Part shown: positions 54,110 to 64,000 of the stretch, piece by piece
How positions within the stretch are numbered: the first letter of the stretch is position 1
Layout: every line of letters begins with the position of its first letter
DNA from: Camelus dromedarius
Taxonomy: Eukaryota
Assembly: GCF_036321535.1 (NCBI RefSeq)
Contig: NC_087437.1
Location: 85,500,001-85,564,000 of the forward strand
Direction: 5' to 3'
Length of the DNA: 64,000 nt
Notes under the pieces: model-generated
Seen by the model: the letters and a program-made list of their open reading frames with translations, nothing else
Database searches by the model: none
What the model was told of the DNA's origin: nothing
Program-made: the position numbers and the translations under genes

Positions 54110-56242
54110 GAAGGAAAAGAAAAGAAAAGAAAAACGAAAACTACAGGCCAATATCTTTGATAAATATAGATGTAAAAATCCTCAAGAAAATATTAACAAA
54201 TCAAATCCAACAACATATTAAAAGGGTTGTACACTATGATCAACTTGGATTCATTCCAGTGTCAAAGGATGGTCAACACACACAAATTACTCAATGTGAT
54301 ACACCACATAAACAAAAGAAACACACACACACACAATCATCTCAATAGATACAGAAAAAACATTTGATAAAATTCAACATCTATTCATGATAAAAACTCT
54401 CACTAAAATTGGTATAAAGGGAACATGTCTCAACATAATAAAGGCTATTTATGACAAATCCACAGACAATAGAATATTCAACGGTAAAAAGCTGAAAGGC
54501 TTCCCGCTAAAATCTGGAACAAACGCATTCTCACCACTTCTAATCAACGTAGTCTTGGAAGTCCTAGCCACACAAGTCAAACAAGAAAAATAAATAAAAG
54601 TTATCTAAGTTGAGAGGAAAGAGGTAAAACTGTCATTACATGCAGATGACAGGATGCTCTATATAGAAGAGTCCAACCAAAGACTATTAAAACTGATGAG
54701 TAAATTCAACGAGGTAGCAGGATACAAAATTAATATATAGAAACCTGTTGCATTTTTTATACTAATAATAAAATATCAGAAAAAGAAAATAAAACTCTGG
54801 AAATTACACAAAGAAAAACCCTAGGAACAAACCTGACCAAAAGGTGAAAGACTTGAACACTGAGAACTATAAGACATTGATACAGGAGACTGAAGATGAT
54901 TCAAAGAAATGGAAAGATATCCCATGCTCTTGGATTGGAAGAATTGATATTGTTAAAGGCCATACTACCCAAAACAATCTACAGATTTAATGCAATTCCT
55001 ATCAAATTATCTATGACATTTTTCACAGAACTAGAACAAATATTCCTAAAATTTCCATGGAACCACAAAAGACCCAGAATTGCCAAAGCAATCCTGGGGA
55101 AAAAGAACAAAACTAGAGGCATAACCCTTCTAGACTTCAGACAATACTACAAAGATACAGTAATCCAAACAACATGGTATTGACCCCAAAATAGACATAT
55201 TAATCAATGGAACAGAATAGAGAGCCCAGAAATAAACCCAAACACCTACAGTCAATTAATCTTTGACAAAGGAGGCAAGAATATACCATGGAGAAAAGAC
55301 AGCCTCTTTGGCAAGTGGTGTTGGGAAAGCTGGACAGCGGCATGTAAATCAGTGAAGTAAGAATATTCCCTCACATGATACATGAAAATAAACTCAAAAT
55401 GTCTTAAAGCCTTAAGTATAAGAGAGGACATCATAAAAGGCCTACAAGAGAACACAGGCAAAACATTTTCTGACATAACTTGTAGCAATGTTTTCTTAGG
55501 TTAGTCTCCCAAGGAAAAATAAATAAAAGCAAAATTAAACAAATGAGACCTAATCAAACTTACAAGCTTTCGCAGAGCAAAGGAAATCATAAACAAAAAG
55601 AAAAGACAATCTATAGAATGGGAGAATATATTTACAAACAATGCAACCAACAAGGGCTTAATTTCCAAAATATACTAACAGTTCACACAGCTCAATATCA
55701 AAAAAACAAACAACCCAATAAAAATGGGGAGATGTCCTAAATAGACATTTATCCAAAGAAGACATACAGATGGCCAACAGGCACAGGAAGAGATGCTTGA
55801 CAATGCTAATTATTAGAAAAATGCATATCAGAACTACAATGAGGTATCACCTCACACCAGTCAGAATGGCCATCAACATAAAGTCTGCAAATAATGAATG
55901 CTGGAAAAAGTGTGGAGAAAAGGGACTTTCCTACACTGCTGGTGAGAATGTAATTTGGTGCAGCCATATGGAAAACAGTATGGAGGTTTCTTAAAAAAAT
56001 TAAAAAGAGAGTGACCATATGATCCAGCAATTCTATTCCTGGGCATATATACAGAAAAGATGAAAATTCTAAATTTGAAAAAATCCATGCACCCCAACGT
56101 TCATAGTAGCTCTATTTACAATAGCCAAGACATGGAAGCAAACTAAGCGTCCATTGACAGATGACTGGGTAAAGAAGATGTAGTATATATTTGTAGTATA
56201 TATATATATGTAGTATATATAAATATATATATATATTTGTAG

Positions 56243-56273
<31 letters not shown>

Positions 56274-56758
56274 ATATGTATAGAATGGAATATTAGCCAT
56301 AAAAAGAATGAAATAATGCCATTTTCAGCAGCATGGATAGACCTAAAGATTATCATACTAAGTTAAGTAAGTCAGACAAAGAAAGACAAATATCATATAT
56401 CACTGATGTGTGGAATCTGAAAAATAGTACAAATGAACTTATTTACAAAATGGAAACAGACTGACAGACATAGAAAACAATCATGGTTACCAAAAAGGGG
56501 AGGGGGTGGAGGGATAAATTAAGAGTTTGAGATTAACAGATACACACTATTATACATAAAATTGATAAACAACAAGGACTTGCTATATAGCACAGAGAAC
56601 TACATTCAATATCTTGTAATAACCTATAATGAAAATGAATCTTTAAAAGAATATATGTGTGTGTGTGTACATATATATATATATATATATATAAAATCAC
56701 TTTGCTGTACACCTGAAACTAACACAACATTATAAATCAACTATATTCCAATAAAAAA
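53565..56758 (+). mobile_element. L1 sense segment: decayed ORF2 from about residue 360 to 3' UTR and A-tail
   Basis: ORF pieces [39 protein letters not shown]; colinear with 46002-49020. Confidence 0.96.
54041..54140. repeat. (GAAA)n/(GAAAA)n microsatellite inside L1 ORF2
   Basis: Seen directly. Confidence 0.95.
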
Positions 56759-57098
56759 GTTAATATGTATATTTTACTTCTAGATGTTAGTTTCCTTCCA
56801 GGTTGGCCAAACATAAACAAGTCTAAAGTTACAGAATTACATTTGTAATAAAATGTCCAAATTTTATTACAACAGGCATTTTAAATCCTTACAGTGAAAT
56901 TTTTTCATGGCGGTACCGTTCCACAAGCTCAAGTTTCCTGTTTTCAAGGGATGTGGTCTAATTCATAATCAAGTATTTACTGAGAACCCACTTTTTTCTT
57001 AGCAATCAAGTTGGAATTTCCTTTTTATTTTCTTCTTAACCTTAAATGAAGTAATAAGCATCAATATCCAAGAGACTGGACTGTAAATGATCTTGAAT

Positions 57099-57146
57099 AC
57101 ACACACACACACACACACACATACACACACGTACACACACACAAAC
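57099..57146. repeat. (CA)n microsatellite
   Basis: Seen directly. Confidence 0.95.
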
Positions 57147-57449
57147 AGATGACTTTGTAGTTAATTACATTACCCTTAATGTTAAAAGAGGTACTTTCTC
57201 CAAATAATTTTTGTATTGAAATATTAATTCTTCTATGTCAAAAATTTTATATGGAATGTCAGTTCATAAATCCAGAAATCTTCTAAAGCTGACATTTTGG
57301 GAAACAACAAAATGCTTGCAGAGCATCTTTCAAAGATTCTGCAAATACAAAAATAAATGAATGCTATTTGGGCTCCATAAAAAAAATTAAAATATTTTTC
57401 AGAACTTTTCATTTGGACCTTGTTTACATACATACATGATTGTGTGTAC

Positions 57450-57452
<3 letters not shown>

Positions 57453-57484
<32 letters not shown>

Positions 57485-57488
57485 TGTG
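57453..57488. repeat. (GT)n microsatellite
   Basis: Seen directly. Confidence 0.95.
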
Positions 57489-58699
57489 TTTCAATTTATG
57501 GTCCAGGGGCAAAAGAGAGAGGACAAAGATTTTAAAAAACACTAGTATTCTAAAAAAATAGCAAGACAACTTTCATTTTGAAATGTATGCCTTGAATCCA
57601 CAAAATCTGGGATTAGCAACTCAACCTATGTGACAATACCTAATAATACATTTTTGACAAATCTCTTTATAATACAATTTTCATTTTCTCAGATAACATA
57701 AAATATTTGACCTCACTAAAATATTTGACAATAAAAACTGAGTATATTTTAATAAGAACTATTTTTAAATTCAATTAAGTTTCATCAGCAAATTTAAGTA
57801 AATTATTCCATTATGTATGTTTTCAGTCACTAAGAATTCACCAGCTATGTAGGCTGATATCATCTAAATTAATGTCAAATCAGAATTTTTTTCCTCATGT
57901 TTAAAATTTTAGAAATGGCTGTATTCCATTCCCTGATGATTAAAAAAATCCATTTTTAAAAAGATTACTTTTCACATTTTTTAGATATCTTAATTATTGG
58001 AGCAGAGGATATTTACAGACATAGAGACACTATAAACTGCACGATCACCTCTGCAGGGAACCTAGTGTAGCACAAAACAGTTCAAAGATCAAACAGATTT
58101 TACCATAGAATTGAACTCCCCTCTAGAGATAAGCACTTTTTCTTCCTGCCTCCTTTGACCTCTTGTTTTTTGGATCTTTTATGTATAGACTTAACATGCA
58201 ATGGTTCCTGACTTTTCTTTACAACTGAGAAACTCCTTTGGAATCAAGTTTCTATCATCTTGTATGTATAGTGATGTACTAAAAATGTAAATTCCTCATA
58301 ATATTTGTGGTCAAGTAATGCATACAAGTTTGACAGGAAACTAAATCTCAAGACATTTTTTTTATATTACCGCTCCTCTTTCTTTAGATTATATGTGACC
58401 CAATTGACTTGTCCCTCTAAGAAAACTAGTGAAAATACTTCTTACAATTCCAGTGCTGCCCCACCCAGTGATCCAATGTAGCAGAATCTATTAGAAAGGA
58501 TGAATCACTTCTGACCCTTGGATAAATAAGGACAAATAAATTGAGAAACAGCAGCATGATTAAAGTTCGTTTCACTTCTGCCAAATTCCTTACGTTAGTG
58601 AATAGCTTCATCATATCCTCAAATTAAAAACTTCACAATTACACTAAACAATTTCTTATCGTTCTACCGTATCCAGTCAGTTAACATTTATTCTACCCC

Positions 58700-59330
58700 A
58701 GCAGAGTGTCTTGCAATTGCCCTGCCTCTATTCAATCCCACTGTCATTTATACAGTTCAGACATTTTACTATTTCCAAGATTCTATAGTCTTTATTCTCG
58801 CCCTGTTCCCCACTGAACACAGGAAATCAGCACTTCCATCTGTATTTTACTATGATGACAGTTATTTTAACTTTCTTCAAAAACAGATATGTTGATTCTC
58901 AGTTTGCTATGTACAAAATAAAATATAAAACTTAACTCCCATACAATATTGTTTACTAGTCAACTTCACATCTACTTTCAGTTTTATCTTCTTCCATATC
59001 TGTATGTCCCTATATACTCTGTTCTGTTTAATCTTACTGTTCCTCCAACATCCTTTAATGCCTCTGAGCATTTCCCTAGGAATAACTTGCTTAGGTTGGC
59101 TAAATCTAATTATCCTTCAAAAAGCAGCTTAAATATGAATCCCCTAATCTCTGCCTCTTCTTTGTAAGTCCAGGGTATTTTACACTTATCTCATCATATG
59201 TTAATACTTTGTTTTCACAGCTATATCTTCCACTAAATTGTGATCTCATCAAGAACAGAGATCATGTTATTACATACCTTGGCCCATAATAAGTAACTGT
59301 AAAAAAAAAGTGTAGTGTTTGCTTAATTAT
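58700..59330 (+). mobile_element. L2 LINE 3' region
   Basis: 'ggctaaatctaattatccttcaaaaagcagcttaaatat', 'cttccactaaattgtgatctcatcaagaacagagatcatgt' resemble L2. Confidence 0.65.
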
Positions 59331-60924
59331 GGGTCCAATTTATAGAAAGTCCTGATTATAAATATTATGCTCCAACCATGCATTTACCGTATCATATACT
59401 CTAGTTTTGAGTCCAAAAGTGGAGTCAATATAATTGAATTAACTTTAGAGCTAATATTTAAATGTTGAGATTTTTTTATTTAGGCAGTAAGTGTAAGCTC
59501 ATGAAGTCTGAGAGGGTTCCATGTTTATTCTCACATGTTTTCCCATCACAACTAATTTAAATGCAATAAAAATGTCTGTTTGGTAGTTTACAAGCAACTA
59601 GGGGATTGGATTCTTTCATTCAGGGCCACTAGAGACTCTAGATAAAGTACTAGAATAAACAATTTAGTGAATAAATAATTAACACACAATTAAAAAGTTA
59701 TTAAAACAGACTGGCATTAGCTATCTGTGTGTTGAAGGTCTCATAGGTCTCCTGCGGATTAGCATTTAATACTTTTATCTCTATTATTAATCTTGGTTAA
59801 TGGCATTTTTGCTCTTAAGTAAGAGAATTTTTATATTATTATTTCTAATAAGATCAAATACAACCTAAATTGCTTAATTTTTATATAGATTTTTAGAGCA
59901 ATATAGCTGAATTACTTTCAGTTTTATTTTGAAAACTATTTCTAGCTAAAACACTACAAATCATGACAATTATAATATTCTCATAAAAGATATTGCAGTT
60001 GGCCCTTGAGCTGTAATGAGTTTACTGTACCAGAAATTCTGGAATAAAGTGAGCAAATTAGATGATTCCTAATGCTAACTACTTAAATTTCTTAAGTAAC
60101 TTCTTAATAAAATAGTTTATAGGGATTTCTCTTGTAACTGTGCTATTTCTATGCTACTGTGACAAATATATATCCCAAGTACTTGTTCAGATCCTAAAGC
60201 CTCTTTCTTTCATCATTATGATACTCTCCTTAAAGTAAGTTTTAGACTTCCCAAGGCCCTAAAAGAAATTATTTGGACAACTATGTGGATGATCCATATC
60301 TTCACTCACTTAAAAAGTTATCATAATTTAGGGAATAATTCTTAAATGCTCCATCAATCACTTCATATCCCAAGAAAAATATTATATTTTTGGTAGATAA
60401 TTAATCCAGTTTTCAAATTCTTGGGGTCAAATTGCTAGAGAAATCTGATATTTTATTTTCTTAATCAAATGTATTTATTTTTTAAAACAAATAAGATATA
60501 CTCCCATCAGTCCACTAATACACATACATAAAGTGAAATGTTACAGCATGATTGGGGAATACTTTAAATTATGAAATAAAACATTGCTCCATTTTATCAT
60601 TGTCATTAAGTATAAAATAAGACAGTATGAAGATCATCAAACCTGCTACCTGGCACTTCCTTCATTATTTCTTCAATCTTTTCATTGTTGTGTCACCAAG
60701 AAGGCCCATAAACAATTTCTAGAAAATAAAAATAGAATATGAGTATTAAACAAAGTCTAACCTTTTCTTTTACTTTGTGCTTAGTCTAGCTTCAATTGCT
60801 CATAGGGTGCCAAGTGCAGAGGCTTCTTCACACAGGGCCCTTTAGACCAGAGTTCCTCATGCTAAACACTATGTGCAACATTTCAGCTCACACTTCAGTT
60901 CGGTGGGCCCTATGCAGAAGCAGT

Positions 60925-61140
60925 AAGCTCCTTGATACTGGTCTTTGCAATAAGTTTTTGGATTTGACCCCAAAAGACAGCAGAAGCAAAATTAAAGAAG
61001 TGTGACTACATCAAACTAAAAAGCTTCTATACAGCAAAGGAAACCATCAAAAACCTTAAAAGACAAGTTATGGAATGGGAGAAAATATTTGTAAATCATT
61101 TATCTGATAAAGGGCTAATAAATACATATATAAAGAGCTG
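60925..61140 (+). mobile_element. L1 late ORF2 fragment
   Basis: 'gactacatcaaactaaaaagcttctatacagcaaaggaaacc...gaatgggagaaaatatttgtaaatcatttatctgataaagggctaata'. Confidence 0.85.
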
Positions 61141-61521
61141 ATTGCAGTATTTTTAGATTTTAGATAATGTAGTACATTATTTGAAGGTAGTGTGATTTAA
61201 AAAATACATACTGTAAACTGGATAAAATCTCAAAATAAAAATAGAAATATAGCTAATAAACAGATTAAAATTAAATACTAAAAAGATAATTCAAAAGAAT
61301 TCAGAAACAACATAAAAAACAAAAAGAAAACTTACAACTGAAATCAAAATCCCACAGGTTTTTTTTTTTTTAATTAGAAATTAACAAGATGGTTCCAAAA
61401 TATTTCTGGAAATGTAAAAGATAAAGAAAACAAATACAACAAAACAAGACAAAATAAAATAGAATGAATGTGGAAGAAAGCTTGTTATCTGTTTCAAGAT
61501 GTACCATATAACTATAGTGGT

Positions 61522-62035
61522 TTTGGCAGGTGGAATAATAGCCCCCAGAGATGTTCACATCCTAACCCCTGGAATCTATGAGTGTGTTACCTTACATGGC
61601 AAGGTGAGTTAAGGCTGTAGATAGAATTGAGTTAGTTAATCAGCTGGCCTTGCAATGAAGGGTTTTACTGGACTGTCTGTCTGGGCCTGATGCAATCACA
61701 AGGATCCTGATAAGTTGAAAAGAGAAGCAGAAGAGAGAGAACCAGAGAGACGGTGGCATGAGAAGGACTCTACCTGATATATCCGGCTTTGAAGATGGAG
61801 GAAGGGGCCATGGGAGAAGGAAATACTGAGTGACCTTTACAGGCTGGCAGAGGCCAAGAAACAGATTATCCTCTGCAGCTTCCAGAAGGAATGCAATTCT
61901 GCTGACTCTTTGATTGTAGCCCAAGAGACCCATTTGGACTTTCAATATCCAGAACTGTAAGATAACAAATGTGTGTAGTTTTAGGCCATTAAATTGTTAG
62001 TAATTTGTCACAGCACCAATAGAAAACTAAAAACA
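61522..62035 (+). mobile_element. MaLR solo LTR (MLT1D-like)
   Basis: 'aataatagcccccagagatgttcacatcctaacccctggaatctatgag..gttaccttacatggcaa', 'ggctttgaagatggaggaaggggccatg', 'ccagaactgtaagataa', 'caatagaaaactaa'. Confidence 0.92.
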
Positions 62036-62411
62036 CTAATTAAGATACTTTAGCATTTGCTTAAGGGTAGACATGTAAATCAATGAAAAGAAAAAAAACA
62101 GTCCAGAAATAGATCCACATTTGTCTCATCAACTGAATTTTGACGAAGTTGCCATGATAAATAAATGGGGAGAGAACAAGCTTTTATGAGTAAAACAATT
62201 AACTTTAATCCCTGCATCACACAGTAGTACATAAAAATTAACTCAAAATGGATCATAAACCCAAGTATAAAAGCTTAAACTACAAAACTTCTAAAAATAA
62301 ACACAGGACAATATTTCCGTAACTTGAGGAAGCTAATTTTTCTTAGAAAGTAAATAAAAAGTACTATCCTTAAAAAAAAAAAACCATGAAACATTTTATC
62401 AAAATTAAATA

Positions 62412-63762
62412 GTCATAATTCAGCATTAATTTATGATCAAAATTCTCAACAAAATGATTACAGAGGGAACATATCTCAAAGTAATGATGACCATATATGA
62501 GGAACCCACAGTTAATGTCATACTCAACAGTGAAAAACTAAAAGCTTTTCTAATAATATCAGGAAAAATATAAGGATGCCCACTCTAGCCAACTTTTATT
62601 CAACATAATATTGGAAGTTCCAGCCACAGCAATTAGGCAATTAGGCAAGAAAATAAAAAGTTACTCAGTTTGGAAAGGAAGAAGAAAAACTGTCACAATT
62701 TTCAGATGACATGATATTAGATGTAGTAAACCCTAAAGACTCCACTGAAAGCTGTTTGAACTAATAAATAAATTCAGTAAAGTATCAGGATACAAAATCA
62801 ATATAGAGAAATCTTTTGCATTTCTATATACTGATAATGAACTATCAGAAAGGCAAATCAAGAAAACAATCCCATTTACATTTGCATCAAAAAAAAAAAA
62901 CCTAGAAATAAATTTAACCAAGGAGAAGAAAGACATATATATTGAAAACTATAAGACACTGATGAAAGAATTAAAGATGCCAATAAAGGGAAAGATATTC
63001 TGTACTTATGGATTAGAAGAATTAATATTATTAAAATGTCCATTGTACCCAAAGCAATCTACAAATTCAATGCAATCCCTATCAAAATTTCAATGACATT
63101 TTTTCTTGGAATTAGAATAAACAATTCTAAAACTTATATGGAACCACAAAAGATCCCAGATATCTAAAGCAACCTTGAGTAAGAAGAACAAAGCTGGAGG
63201 TATCATGCTTTTTGATTTCAAACTATACTACAAAGCTATAATAATCAAAATAGTAGGGTATTGGCATAAAAATAGACACTAGAGATCAATAGAATAGACA
63301 GCCCAGAAACAAACCAACACATGCATGATCAATTAACTTATGACAAAGGAGGCAAGAATATACAATAAGGAAAGGATAGTCTCTTCAATAAATGGTACAC
63401 ACACACTAGACTACTACTTAGCCATAAAAAAGAAAATCTTGCCATCTCCAACAACATGGATAGAACTTGAGGGTTTTATGCTAAGTGAAATAAGTCAGAC
63501 AAAGAAAGACAAATACCATATGGTTTTACTTACGTGAGGAATCTAAAAAACAAAACTCATCAATATAAAGAACAGATTGGTGGTCACTGGAGTGGGACTG
63601 GGTTGGAGACTGGCCAAAATGAGTGAAGGGTGTCAATTTTTTGATGATGGATGGTAGCAAGGCTTATTAGGGTGATCACTTTGTAATGTATACAAACATC
63701 ACACTATAATGTTGTATACCTGAAACTTATATAATGTTATATAATAAGTTTACCCCAATCAA
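62412..63762 (+). mobile_element. 5'-truncated L1 (RT to 3' UTR) with internal deletion, nested in older L1
   Basis: 11-bp TSD aaaattaaata at 62401-62411 and 63763-63773; RT motifs 'aaggatgcccactc', 'ttttcagatgacatg'; jump at about 63396. Confidence 0.9.
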
Positions 63763-64000
63763 AAAATTAAATATTTGTGCTCTTCCAAATGTAACAACAA
63801 GGAAATACACAGTAAACCACAGACTCAAGGAAAATATTTGTAAGATATCTATCTGACATAGGACTTATATCCAAAATATATGCAGACTTTTTTAATTCAA
63901 AAGAAAAAATACGGCCCATAATAAAAGTGGTACACCAATGTTTATAACAGCAAAAAGTGGAAACAAAGTTAATACCCATCAACAGGTGAATGGATAAATA

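Larger units (their letters stand above)
61340..64000 (+). mobile_element. Old L1M ORF2 3' region, host to two nested insertions, runs off window end
   Basis: Colinear late-ORF2 pieces at 61340-61516, 62036-62411 and 63763-64000. Confidence 0.8.

Noticed and set aside
53892..54221. Lys/Glu/Arg repeat protein (KKERKKER...)
   Set aside because: Translation of a (GAAA)n expansion within a dead L1 ORF2
57099..57488. (CA)n and (GT)n facing each other as an inverted repeat
   Set aside because: Two common microsatellites; no other symmetry between them
1..64000. CRISPR array, operon, prokaryotic defence or retron system
   Set aside because: Mammalian repeat landscape; no regularly spaced repeat-spacer array; all RT sequence is L1 or LTR-element derived

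Overview
AT-rich, repeat-dense mammalian (not microbial) DNA, very likely camelid (camel/alpaca/llama), judged from a tRNA-derived Vic-1-type SINE at 21042-21228. No intact, recognisable host protein-coding gene is visible. Nearly all ORF-track entries are chance ORFs or pieces of LINE-1. The window holds a young, 5'-truncated L1 (about 43283-49060; ORF1 and ORF2 carry about 5 disabling lesions) and several older L1 copies with internal deletions, one 5' inversion and nesting. It also holds two ERV solo LTRs, MaLR LTRs, MER5A, L2/MIR relics and microsatellites. The least obvious element is a highly decayed minus-strand Gypsy-like LTR-retrotransposon interior (about 22950-26400), where gag, two zinc knuckles, protease, RT, RNase H and integrase motifs can still be read in canonical order. 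A + strand bias of L1s and a few well-formed minus-strand splice-site pairs hint that the window lies within introns of a minus-strand transcript, but this is unproven. I found no evidence for a new biological system. Subfamily names come from recalled consensus sequences, not a database search, and boundaries of old repeats are approximate.
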